64,000 bases of DNA from Hemiscyllium ocellatum (lineage: Eukaryota): assembly GCF_020745735.1 (NCBI RefSeq), contig NC_083427.1:2449438-2513437 (forward strand), in the 5' to 3' direction. The first letter of the stretch is position 1. Each line of letters opens with the position of its first letter. Shown here piece after piece: positions 40,171-52,461 of this stretch. The translations under genes were made by a program, and so were the position numbers. The notes below the pieces were generated by a model. The model was not told where the DNA came from. It ran no database searches and saw only the letters and a list, made by a program, of their open reading frames with translations.

Positions 40171-41711
40171 ACTGTAGTGGAAGACATTCGTTTGAAAATG
40201 CCATAGTTCTCAATTCTGAACTTCACTGCAAAAGTGTCCCTGTTAAAATCATCTCAGCCGCACACAGGACATTCTGAAATTGCTTGTTTTAAGAGTCATT
40301 GATAAAACTCCAATTTCTGTTCGTAACACGAGGAGATGATTAATTTCATTCTGATTAGTTTTTTTTTCCATATACTATTCCCCCTCTATCACGTAGTTTT
40401 ATTATTGGAAAGTATTTTTGAAGCAACTATCAACAAGATTCTTCAGATGGAACAGATCTTTGTCACGTAAAATATGACCCACTTATTTAATGAAGAAATG
40501 GTAATATAGCGCAACTGAACACAGGTGGCCAATCGACAAATTAACAGTCTGCTTGATTTAATAGAGATTAAGTGGACGAAACTAACTTAGAACGGCCAGA
40601 AGAAAAGCAAGCATTCATGCACAAGGGTTTGGAATGTGAGACAGTAATATTAATCAACACGGGAGTATTTTCTGCAATACTTTCCTTGCCCAGGCAACCT
40701 GACGGAGGCGCTGGCATATTTGAAGAACAGCATAAGATTTATAGTATGCATACAAAATGAAATCATGCCACTGGAACTACACAATTGACACGGAAGAGGT
40801 ATGGAACTTTCAGAGATAACTGGTTCTGCGAATGTAGAAAATGTACTCATATTTAAGGTAATAACGCAAGCAGAAATTTCAGGGACCTTCTTTTCATTTG
40901 TATTTTTAGTTCTGCATATTACTGTGTTAAGTGTGACCATTTGGCTTTAATAAATCTAAAAGCATGCTATTCCCTGTCTTATCCGTCCCTTTGAAGTCAT
41001 CACGATACTGATAACTGCCAGTTTTGGCTATTCCCACTATCAGAGTAACGCTGTGAAGGTTATGTGCTTACAATATTTTAGGTTTTCTTACTCAAAACTC
41101 TTCAAAGAGTAGTTAACTTAATAAAATAAGCATCATTTGACAGGGCTCTTGACTGCTTGTGAGTTGTGCATTAATTCACGACCCGTTATTCTTTTTTTTT
41201 CCAACCTAAGGACATTGTCGAGCAAATAGGGCAGAAAAGTTGCTTAGGGGAAGCTATCATTCAAAATGCAGGTTGCTATCAGGTGAATTTCTCCATTAGT
41301 TGGTCGGACACAATGCAAATAATTTTAGTTCTTGAACTGGAGACGCTTATTGTGCGTTTTTGTTCAGCTTGTGTCAAATTCCAACAAATGCAGTCCATGT
41401 GGTACCAACTATCTTCTAGCATCAGTAACCGCAAAAAGTTGAAGGGCACAGTACTCGAATGGAGACAATTAGACCTCAGTATACCCAAGGCAGAGCAATT
41501 TTCAAATTTTCAAATACTGAAGTTGCATCTGTGATAGAGTGAATGCAATCAACACGAACAGGAGGGGACAGTATCTAATTAACTATGCTGAAACTATCTG
41601 AGAAAACAGATAACAGAATGCGGTAAGTAAAATTATTCCCCAACGTTTGTAGCATTTTGTGATTGATTTCGATATTGTAGCCTGACAGTATGCATTCCTT
41701 TCTCTTTCCAC

Positions 41712-42033
41712 GTTACTGCTATCAGACAGACATTTCTGTCAATCTACTGAAATCTCCGTTTGACGAGACCTGGACACAAAAGACGGCGACCATTGTTTGC
41801 AAAATCATTGTCTGCGACTTAGAAAACATTAACATTTTCTGGCAGGTGAATGGGGCTGAGAGAACGAAAGGGGTCGAGACGGAAAATCCCGATTGGAATG
41901 GAAGAAAGTTCCCCATGGTGAGCAAATTAAAAATCATGGCGTCAGAGTGGGACAATGGTGCTGAATATGTTTGCTCGGTCGAAGGTAGTGAATTACCAAC
42001 ACCAGTGAAAAACTCTTATCAAGAAGGAAATTG
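41712..42033 (+). pseudogene. IgNAR: IgNAR constant domain C4 exon (acceptor mutated, 3' frameshift)
   Basis: ORF 41690-42037 contains YCYQTDISVNLLKSPFDETWTQKTATIVCKIIVCDLENINIFWQVNGAERTKGVETENPDWNGRKFPMVSKLKIMASEWDNGAEYVCSVEGSELPTPVK, matching IgNAR C4. The polypyrimidine tract ends in ...ttccAC instead of AG. An extra T near 42015 shifts the end (expected SIKKEI|G). Donor gtaagt starts at 42034. Confidence 0.95.
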
Positions 42034-42208
42034 GTAAGTGGGGATAATACTGCAATAAGAACACAATAGAATCAATTTCAGAAATCTGACAATATAAAAA
42101 GGAATGTTCTACAGAAACCAAGCAGGACTGGCAGAATCTATGGCGAGAAAAACCCAGGGTGAAACTTTCCAATCCAGTATGTGATTTTTATTTTCCAAGA
42201 AAAAAAGT

Positions 42209-42507
42209 TTAGATTAGATTACTTACAGTGTGGAAACAGGCCCTTCGGCCCAACAAGTCCATACCGACCCGCCGAAGCGCAATTCACCCATACCCCTACA
42301 TAACACTACGGGCAATTTAGCATGGTCAATTCACCTGACTCGCACATCTTTGGACTGTGGGAGGAAACCGGAGCACCCGGAGGAAACCCACGCAGACACG
42401 GGGAGAACGTGCAAACTCCACACAGTCAGTCGCCTGAGGCGGGAATTGAACCCAGGTACCTGGCGCTGTGAGGCAGCAGTGCTAACTGCTGTGCCACCGT
42501 GCCGCCC
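42209..42507 (-). mobile_element. HE1-type V-SINE (young) in the C4-C5 intron
   Basis: Near-identical to 34175-34493. Confidence 0.95.
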
Positions 42508-42609
42508 TGTATGTTACTATGAGATCAGTCTGACTCATACACTAGTCCACCGGAAACAAATCCTGTCAATTCATGAATGTGTTATGTTAAATGGCCAGAA
42601 GTCAGCAGC

Positions 42610-42885
42610 AGGAAGGCGGCTCACTGGTTTGCACCACCGCTGCACAGCATCAATACTCGGATTTATTTTCACTTCAGGCACTGTCTGTGTTGAGTTTTCC
42701 CATTCTCCTCAAGCCTGCGTGGACTTCCTTTGCATGCTCCGGTTTTTGTCGACAATCCAAAGATGTGCAGGGAAGATGAATTGGCCATGGGAAATACGTG
42801 ATGACTGGCATTAGTGGGTGGGTGTGGCAGGGATGCTCTTTGTAGGGAGGTTATGGAGTGACTTGGCTGAATGGGCTATTTAAAA
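42610..42885 (+). mobile_element. Diverged V-SINE copy
   Basis: ctgtctgtgttgagttttcccattctcc...ccaaagatgtgcagggaagatgaattggccatgg matches the SINE core. Confidence 0.75.
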
Positions 42886-43194
42886 CACTGTGAGGATTCC
42901 TGCGAAGTCCATTAGCCATCACTCCTACTTTTCTGCAGATATATAATGACAAGCGTGAAGAAGTATAAGTAGTTGAATCATTTGCATACCACGAACAGCA
43001 GTCCTTGAAAAATATATGATTGGCTCCAAGAATTAAACCAGAAAACCATGCGGCCTGAAATGCTGTAGTATTCACAAATATTTGCACAGTCGTACAGATA
43101 GGAAATATTTTATCAACCACATATATAATTGACAGTGTAATTGTGATGCAGACATAAGACAGTCTCAGTTATACAAACAGCACTCTCTTTGCAG

Positions 43195-43515
43195 ATGGCC
43201 AAATGTGTCGTCCTCAGGTTTATCTTCTGCATCCATCGACGGATGAGATTGAAACTGAGAATTTAGCGATCCTGATGTGTCTAGCCACCAGATTTAATCC
43301 AGCTGACATTTACATTGGCTGGATGGCCAATGACACCCTTTTAGATTCCAGGTATTGGACTCAAGTAGACAACTAGCAGGGCAATGATTCCAATTTCGTG
43401 ACCAGCAGGCTGAGAGTCAAATCGGTGGAATAGAACAGTGACATCACTGACTCCTGCTTAGTGGGACACCCATCTCTCAGCTGACAGTTAATCAGAAGTA
43501 CAAATAAATCTCATG
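43195..43515 (+). pseudogene. IgNAR: IgNAR constant domain C5 exon (three stops)
   Basis: Acceptor ctctttgcag|. (D)GQMCRPQVYLLHPSTDEIETENLAILMCLATRFNPADIYIGWMANDTLLDSRYWTQVDN*QGNDSNFVTSRLRVKSVE*NSDITDSCLVGHPSLS*QLIRSTNKSH, matching IgNAR C5. Stops at 43374-76, 43431-33 and 43482-84. Confidence 0.95.
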
Positions 43516-43570
43516 CTCATCATTTAATGTTTCAATCGTACTAAGTGACATTGTTAAAACCTGCACATAA
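43516..43570 (+). pseudogene. IgNAR: IgNAR secretory tailpiece (out of frame with C5)
   Basis: c TCA TCA TTT AAT GTT TCA ATC GTA CTA AGT GAC ATT GTT AAA ACC TGC ACA TAA = SSFNVSIVLSDIVKTCT*. Resembles the remembered IgNAR tail GKPSSVNVSVVLSDTVKS.T; the GKP codons are missing. Confidence 0.9.
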
Positions 43571-43890
43571 CTTGCAGTGATTGGCTAATTGTTTTCCCTA
43601 GATGGATTAATGTTGTTATGACAATAATTCTTTCAGGAACCAACCAATACTTTTTAATTCATTTCACGCAACAGTCACATTTCTGATCAGTGAACACATT
43701 TGCAAAAAAAACAAAATGGCCACAATTTGAAATTGTATGTATTGGAAATGATAATTAAGCTGAGAATCTGAAATGCAAGGAAACCTTGTCTTGTGAGTGT
43801 AATCGCTCTGAAAATCGCCTGAAATGTTTCATATCGCGACTGAATGAATCGCAAACCATGTTTAAATGTGGATTTGGCTCCGATGATTGC

Positions 43891-43896
43891 AATAAA
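43891..43896 (+). promoter_or_regulatory. Candidate polyadenylation signal for the secretory form
   Basis: First AATAAA I found downstream of the secretory-tail stop (~320 nt away). Confidence 0.3.
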
Positions 43897-45319
43897 TGCA
43901 GAATGAAATCTCTTTGACATACTTATTCTTGGTTCGCATTTATAATATTTTCAGAAAGACCACTTAGACGTTGATAAAAGTGTGTATGATATCCATTTTT
44001 TTAAACGCCAACACTGCATCACGTGCAGAATATCAGACCCATTCGAGTTCTCTCTGACTAAGCCACACTTTTCCTAGATGTTCTTGGCAGCACTCTTCCT
44101 TTAAGCTGAGCCATTGTGGTATCTAGTTGTGAGACGAAATGACTGAAGTTGATGTGATGCCAACTTATTCAGTATGCGAATCAGCTATCCAAGTTTGTCT
44201 TTCCTTCATTTAACCAGTCCTGCCAAATATTCTACTATACAAACGTCCAAACCTAATCTATAGATTTCGTGTTACATCCAGAACAGGGATGCATGCAGTC
44301 CATCATGGTGATCTTCCGAAAGTAGATTCCACTTCGACACTGATATCACATAACTCTCTCACAGTTGTCCATTTTTCCTCTATGTCCAATATGTCCTAAG
44401 ACATACAAACGCAATCAAACAGCGCAGAGACCTAAATCATTATCCTCTATTCTGACGACAACCCAGGTTCTTCACACATCTGCATCATTGATCTTTTGGC
44501 CATATCCTATGTTGTCAGTTGCTTATTTTTCTGACCTGATATCCTACTTAAATGGAATTTCTAAGGCTATTGCTCACTCTGATAGATGACTGTCATTTCT
44601 TCTGATTTATCTGCTTTCAACAAGGTGATGTCATTCAGGCTACTGTTTAGCCCGTTCGTTGTCTGCTATATATCTTATTAAATTGGCACAAAACGCAATT
44701 AAATGGCAAAAAAATTTGCAGAAGTTCCCAATCAACCATCAACACTGAACTATTCAACAATGTACATTAATGTTTTCCTCATAAAATTATTATTGATGTA
44801 TTTCAATTCCGCCACATCTTTTTCCACCACTGTCAATGTAACACCTTCCGAACTTATTTTCACTAAGTCTTCTGCATTTATGTGACTCTGGCTTATGAGA
44901 CATCTAGATTTTACTTTGCTATCATGGTGCTCATCCAGTAAAATTCTGTCAGTTAAAGTCATAACTGATTACTCTTACCTTCATTTAACCAGTTATTCCA
45001 AATGATACAGTATGTCAAATCGTACTCGCACAGCATTATTACTGCATCAGCCACAGGGCTCTATGTTTGGAACATCACCATGTAGAATCTGCACGCTGGC
45101 CCTGACTAAAAGCATATGAATTCAGAGTCCATCTAGACAATGAAAATATCTATTTGAAGTATTGCAAGTGGATCCAAATTTATGATCAATTAGCTGATCC
45201 TATCGTTGGTATGACATTATGGCATTTAAAACCTGCGTATCAAAGAGACTTTTTTGCAAATATCAGTAGGTCTAGCAGTGTCTTTGCACTGAAATCAGAG
45301 TTGACGTTTTGTTCGAGTG

Positions 45320-45432
45320 ACCTTCTATAGAACCAATAAGGAAGGGTCCCTCGATCCGAAACGTTAAATCTTACTTCTCTCCACAGATGCTGACAGATGT
45401 GCTGAGCCGTTTTTAGCAATTTCTGCTTTTGT
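45320..45432 (+). mobile_element. Penelope-like terminal fragment
   Basis: gaagggtccctcgatccgaaacgttaaatcttacttctctccacagatgctgacagatgtgctgagc...atttctgcttttgt, a common chondrichthyan repeat end. Confidence 0.6.
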
Positions 45433-45779
45433 ATCTAATTTACAAGATCCATTTTTTTTTAGTTTTATTTTAAGCACACAATAAGCTGAAACCAATGGAG
45501 CAATCTGACGAATTGGTTGGCAAATTGCTGCCTAGGTTCTCCTGCATCCACGATGCTTCTTCTTCCAAAATGTCTACATTTTAAAATGAGAGAAGAAAGT
45601 CTTTCACTAAACATTTGCAACATTCCGAATCTACAAGGCCCAAATTTCAAATTGACTCTTCTGATATAAGTGTTTAGTAAAATATATGTTTTGAATATTT
45701 TATGAAGGAACAGTGCAAATAAATGTGGTTCTGAAATTCCTACATGGTCACAAAAGTCGACGACAGTGCTCAGGTGAGA

Positions 45780-46820
45780 GATAGCACGCTCAGGTAATCG
45801 CCTTTGGTGAACATACATATCTGACCCCGCTGTTCGTGAATGTGATGAAACTTTGGACATTAAGCATTTATAGCTGTTACATGACGGAATAATCATTTTC
45901 AATACATTGTATCTCTGAGTGCGACATTCTACCATAATCTTCAAGGTGATATCTTTCCATGCTGTCGGGCATATCTGTGCGTGGATAGTTCTGTTCAATG
46001 TGATGTGACAACTGTTCATGCTGGATTAGTTATTGAAGAGATGATCTTCAATTGCCTGTTCAGGGTAACGGGTCGTGTGACTGTGTTTGAGTGGGAAAAT
46101 ATCCATAACATTGTATGTGAGATCTGGTTGGGCAGTGGCTGTTTCATTATATTGGAGAAACACAGTGTTGTATACCGTCCCGCAAGCCCACAATGATGGG
46201 GGTGTCAGTAAATAGAGTGGATTCATTAAGTCATGTTGCAGGGTATCTATTCATGTTTGACATTACCTGCGAATTGAAGAATGATGCTGCTACTGAAATG
46301 GAATCTGTATATCTATAATCTCGTGTGATTCGTTGACAATACAAACTGCTAAGTTTTTGTTTGTGGTACGTGTTCACCCTAAAAGAAAATCTTTTATTGA
46401 GGGATCCGTGACTTTACCTGCTGGTTAGTTGGTGAACTGTGAAAGTCACCAAGCTATGATAGCTATTTGAAGCATTCATTTTGGATCAAGCAGAGCTGCA
46501 AATACAGTTCGGGAGTTGCCTTTTATCTGCCTGCCAAGTTCTCAATCGAGCTCTACAGTGCCGAAATCTCTGCTTGCCATCTGAACCAATCATTTTTCAG
46601 AGTCTGTTCCTCGGTTGCTCGATGCCAACTCACACAATTCACTTCAGTCCTGATATCAGTTGGAATTGATTAAATTGAAATAATTTGCTTTTGCGATGAG
46701 ATGGTTGCTAGCTTCACCGGTTGCTGAGAGTTGATATCAGATCAGTTCAAACTGAAATTGCAGTGTTAGACTAAAACCCTGGATGTGAACTTCGAACTCA
46801 TTTTGTGAAATAATTTATCC
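45780..46820 (-). mobile_element. L2/Crack-like LINE C-terminal fragments
   Basis: Minus ORF 46026-46226 LYLLTPPSL...VMDIFPL resembles the HLLTPQSL...VMEYSPL segment of this LINE family. Confidence 0.5.
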
Positions 46821-47329
46821 TGTGATAAGCATGATACTTCTGCGATCATGATTATTTTGAATGAAAACTCCAACTGCCTAAATATATTATGAGCTCTAAT
46901 TTCTCTGCATTATCTATATTGTTGTGAATTCAAGATTTCTTGATGACGGATATTGTATTGGCGTTAATTATGATTTATAATAATAAGAAGAAAATATAAA
47001 GTAATTTTAGATGGAATACAAAAACTTTCATTCTGCTGCTGGAATGTTATTACAAGTGAGTTGTTATAAGGAACAATGTTTGTGCATTCGTTATTCCAAA
47101 GCCGTGTTAATGATTATAAGGACACAATGTACGTTTTTCAGCACTGCGAATGTTACATAACTATTTGCATTGTGATGAGAATGCAAGTAAAATCCAAGTT
47201 GTACGGACAGCATGATGCCTCTAAAGAAGAGAGCAAATGGATCATTTTATAGATTTAGTACAAGGTTATCCACATGACAACCTTCGAGAAGAATATCTCT
47301 AAAACGTCAAGGTAAAAGGACAAGCTGAT

Positions 47330-48140
47330 GCTAAAAAGCCTGATCAGATGAGTTATTGAAGTCTCAGAAATGCAAGGAAGAGATGCAGAGCATACGGGAT
47401 AGTGTGAAGACAGAAATTTCACTCGCAAATTCAAAAGAAAATCGAAGGAGTTGATCATTGCCTCGTTGAAGTGAAGCTGAGTGCACGCTCCTCCCTGCAT
47501 CAATAGTGCTGAGATGGAATTGGTCCAGAGCGTCAAGATTCGGGAATTGATGATCACTAACTGTCTGATCCATCCATGTCGTCTCAATGGTCAAGAAAGC
47601 ACAACAGCAACTCTACTTTCTCAGGAGGCTTAGGAAATTTGGTATGTCCACAAGGTCTCTTAGCAATTTTTACAGAAATAGCAGAGAAATATTCTATGCG
47701 AACGCAAGAAACTGCAAGAGTTGATAACACAGCCCAGTCCATACTGTAAACCAGCCTTCCATCCATCTTTGAATCGATGTTCACGCCCCGTTTCCTTGGG
47801 AAAGCAACCACTATAATTAAAGTCTGCTCGCATCCCTGCTACATTTTCTTTCACCCTCTTCCTTTGGACAGAAGATATTAAATATGGAAAAGATGTATGA
47901 ATAGATTAAAGAACAGCTTCCTCCCTGCTGCTACTAGATTCCTAAATGGAACTGTCACATTTTAAAGTTAATGTTGATCTCTGTCTGTGCCCCTTATCTG
48001 CAGCTGGAACATTTTATGTTCGTTCTGTTCTATGACAATATGCACTTTATATGGTATGGTCTGCCTACACTGCACAGAAAGTAACACATTCCACTGTACG
48101 TAGGTACATGTGAGAAAATAAATCTAATCAAATAAAATTG
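47330..48140 (+). mobile_element. Rex1/Babar-type LINE RT C-terminal fragment
   Basis: aaggagttgatcatt (KELI), atggtcaagaaagcacaacagcaactctactttctcaggaggcttaggaaatttggtatgtcc (MVKKAQQQLYFLRRLRKFGMS) and agattaaagaacagcttcctccctgctgctactagattcctaaatgga (RLKNSFLPAATRFLNG); A-rich 3' end. Confidence 0.85.
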
Positions 48141-51079
48141 GTGAGTAAGAAATGAAGAATTTCTATGTTTTAAGGAATTTCATCGCAAGTAAATTTGAAT
48201 ACAAATGTATGCCTTGCTTCAGATTTGTCGGATAGATAAGATTGTACCCAGATATAGTACACAATGTGTTGCCTTCATTTGAGTTACGATGCACTTGCCT
48301 TCAAATGAACTGCAACGTACATCCAGATAACAACTTTGTGAGATTGTCATACTGCCCGATGAAAATAGTTTTAGGAAACTGCACAAATACTCTTAGGTAA
48401 TCGAATAACGCGAAATTTATCCAGAATGTGCATGACAGTGTATGATTGATTTTGACACTCATGACATTTTTGCAAATGTGAATGTATAGCAAAATATTCT
48501 GAAGTAGATGATCCGATACTATCTAGAATGGCGAATCAGTCTCAACTGGCTGAACTGTCTACTCCTGCTAGCATGTTTCCATGTTCTTATATGCACAACA
48601 GCAGAATTTACAGAATCCAAGGTAACTAAAGTAAAAAGAAAATTAGGAAAGCATCTAGAGGATGAAAATAAATTATGTAAAGCTTAAGGAATACCTAATA
48701 ATGTTTTCTTTATGCTTTTTAACGCAAGAGAATGAATAATAAAGGGGTTGGGCCAAAGAGAAATAGGCATTGTAACTGGTTCTTACAAAATACGTGGTCT
48801 TCAGGAAGAGGGAGTTCATGCAGACAATATAATTTGAAAAGAATGCAGTAGAACATTAGGTGAAATGATCATGATAATGAAAGTAATGGAAGTCCACACT
48901 TCCGTGAAAGTGCATAAATATCTTGTGACAAAAAGAAGCCAGCGAGGAAATAATAGATGTCCAAATGATTATTTACCAATTCTCACGAAATGCATGTGAA
49001 CTACCAGAGAATTGTAATTGTAAGTCGACAAATGTTTCAGCCTCGAAAATGTTTTGATGTTGGACCATATTGCTGTCAGACAGTTATTCAGTACTCTGTG
49101 GAGGGCAATTTTCGAGAGCCAATAATTAGAGAGCAGATGGAATGTTACTAAGAAAGGGAGGCTAATCAAGGAAAGTCAGTTGAATTTGTGAAATGAACAT
49201 CGTGTGTCGCGAAGATTTTTTTGGGGGGAGGTGTCAGCATCAAGGGGATTCATGGATATAGTACTGTGCATAAGTTTCTAAATGGATACAGTGAGGCATT
49301 TGTCGAGGTCCAAGGCGGTCTATTCTTCATAAAGATATAGTCCATGGAATACAAGAGAATGTGGCATATAAAATGTGGCATATTGGATATAAAACTATAT
49401 CACCGATAGGAAGCAAAGGAAATACTGGAGAATGTTTTTGTCTCTCTTTTTGACCATCTGCAGTATTGTATGACCGACTTAGTCTTGTATCTCTCTCAAT
49501 TTGAGATGGACAGTAATGATTTAGAGTTTAATGCGAGAGTTTTGATTTGGATTCCAGTAGCGATACAAAAGTGGTAACACGCTGTTGAAGGCAGCTGTAT
49601 ATTAATTTTTCACTTCGGTTTTTGAAAGATTATAATTTGAATTCAGTCTGTCAGTGAGAATGTACGAAGTGTAGATGACATTAGAAACATTGGATTTCCT
49701 GTCTGCAGGTGCGTGATTTCTGAGTAGCAGGAGGTGAATGGCTTTAAAAAAGCAGGCATGTGTAGATCATTGAGATGTTTTCCTTCTTTTGTAAAACTGT
49801 TCAATACAAAAAAGGTGCAATGCTCCAACTATGTGGGTCGTTTATTAAATCACTACAGTAGTTTTGTGTCGAGTTCAAGTCACCACATTCCTGGAAAGGC
49901 AAAATTGTTCAAGACAGAGCACAACAGGTTGAACAAGTATACTGCCAGGACTTTTAAATGGTTGTGTCATTGTTGTTTTCCTTACAAGGGAGGTGTCTGA
50001 GTTCAAACTAAATTGAACAGTGCGCAATAATGAGCGGCTTATATAGTATGAGGTGCGAAGTTGTGCCATCATTGCTGTGAAGTCAGAGGAAACTTCATTT
50101 ATGTAATATAGACCAGAGAAGTAAATTTGTTATAGTCACATTCTGTAATTCACGAAAGGATACTGACCGTGGTTTAACCAAAGGGTACCTCGAAGGACAT
50201 GTGAATCAAGGGAAAGAAAAGCATTTTTCCATACGATGGAGGAGGCTGTCTGTGACTTGTTTCCTGATTAGGTGGTTGAGACACAAATTCTCAAGTTCTC
50301 TGCCTCAAGTTTGGATGTGCACCTGAGGAGTTCTAAACTGCATTAATTTTGTATGGTTCTACAGTACTGCAAGGTTTCATTCATATACTTGACCATAACA
50401 TCATCGCTATGTCGAACTCTTCAAACCTGTCAGTAGTCCTCCTTCTCTGGGAGCTCTTCTCTAAATGAAATGAATCATTTTGGATGAAATTAGCAGTCAG
50501 CTGCAGAAATATGTAGAAATATAATTGCAGAAATGAAGCCATCATTCAAAACGGGGTTGGAGGGGTGGGGGGTGGGAGGGAAGCGTTCCATTAACATGAT
50601 TGCTTTTTTGATGAGGTAACAAAGTGAAACCATGAGTGTTGTATTGTTGACTTGCTGATATGAAATTACAAGACGAAAAGAAACAATATTTTCCACAATT
50701 GTAACGTCACGTAAATGCAAAGAAAACTGTGAAACGTGGCAGGAAATAATATAAATGTCAACTGGCAGAGAGAATCTGCGTTTTGCTGAATTGAGAAAAC
50801 GTGTACTACAATGCACTGAACAGGTCACTGGTTAAATCTTTCGACGAGAATTGACATCCTCCTCCCCACATCTATCTAGTCTGTTTCATGTAATCTTTAA
50901 TATCACCTTAGCATTTGTTTCCACATCAACTAAGCAGTTTCATGCCTATGACTGTTCGGTACAGAGCATTGTCAAGTGTAATTCTTTAAGATAAATTTGT
51001 TGAGATGCAAGATATTAATTGCTGGTCACCAGATGCTGTTGTCAGCCTCATAAAATATTTTCCCCCGAACATGACAAGC

Positions 51080-52300
51080 ACATTTGTATGGGACATTAAT
51101 ACATTTTATAGATCCATTGATACACAGATTCATAACAGCACAGAAAAGGCCTTGCACTCCATCCAATCTGCACCAACAAAATTACTACGAAATGTGCGCT
51201 AATCACCATTTCTTGCATTTGTCCTATATTCTTGAATATTGTGATATTTGAAGTACTTTTTGTAAGGTTTCCAGTCTCTGTTACCATCCCAGGTAGTGGA
51301 TTCCATACTCTCACCACACGCAGAATGGCAAAGACTTTTTTTGCTAAATTCATTCTGACTCTTCTGCCCTTTCCCATAAAATTATCCGTCATGAGTGATG
51401 TCTCAACCAAAGGGAGCAGGTGCTCTCTATTAAACCATGTCACATCTCTCGTAATCTTACATACGTCGAACATGAACTCTTCAGTCTTCTCTGTTTTAAA
51501 GAAAACGATCCAAACTATCTAGGGTCTCCACTTAGCTCAATGTCTTCATCCCAGACAACATCCTGGTGAACCTTTTCTGTATTCTCTCTCGGCGGATCGC
51601 ATCCTTCCTGTCGTGCCTTAACCAGAACTGTACATCACACTCCAAGTTTTTCCTGACTAAAGTTCAGTCCAAGTCCATAATTAGTGCCTTATACTTTATG
51701 CCATTACAGATGAAAATAAGTGATCCATAACATTCCTTCATCTTGTTTCTTCTTCCAAAATGCATCATCTCGCACTTAGCCAGAGTTAATTACCATCTGC
51801 CACAGGTATGCCCATTTCACCATCTTATCTATATTTTCCAATAGCCCACAAGGATCTTCAGTATTGAGTACTCTACCAAAAGCGGTGTATTCGGCAAATT
51901 CGCTTCATATCCCCCCCATACGTGTATCTAAATTATTTGTGTATGTAGTATTTATCCTAGTGATGCTCATTGTGCACGAGCCTCCAGTGACTCAAACAGC
52001 CTTCCACCATTGCCCTTTGTGTCCGATTACTGAGCCAGTTTCTGATCTACCACGCCAAGTTTCCCTCAAGTTCATGTGCTTTAACCTTCTGAATTAATCT
52101 CCAGTGTGGGATCTTTCAAAAGCTTTGCCACAATCCATATATCAAGTAAATCGACTGAACTCCGCTTGTCAACATTAGTTATCGCATTTTCAAAAAATTC
52201 GAACACATTTGTTCAACGTGACGTCCCTCTGACCAATCCATGCTTACGATTCTTTGCCTCAATTACCTGTTCTCATACCTATGTAATCTCCATTGTCATT
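51080..52300 (-). mobile_element. CR1-like LINE fragment, decayed
   Basis: Minus ORF 51096-51473 (REHLLPLVETS...FAILRVVRVWNPLPG); RT remnants further right. Confidence 0.75.
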
Positions 52301-52461
52301 AAAGTCCCATGACAAAACAACAGTTAGATTATTTAAATTCACTCATCCTGATGACGAATGTGTCACATATCTCACGATTGCCAGTGCCATGATATTACAT
52401 AACCTTGATTTTTTTTTTCTCAACGTGACGAATTAAAAAAAAATTCATCCATTAATTGCAG

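Noticed and set aside
39575-40213. Longest clean ORF (212 aa)
   Set aside because: It is CR1 ORF2 C-terminal sequence, not a host gene.
41313-41320. Octamer ATGCAAAT (others at 47163, 53479 and 58610)
   Set aside because: A handful of hits is about what AT-rich composition predicts over 64 kb, and one lies inside a LINE.
42230-42814. 194-aa ORF
   Set aside because: Chance read-through of two SINE copies.
45465-46019. 184-aa minus-strand ORF
   Set aside because: It overlaps decayed L2-like LINE sequence and has no coherent domain.
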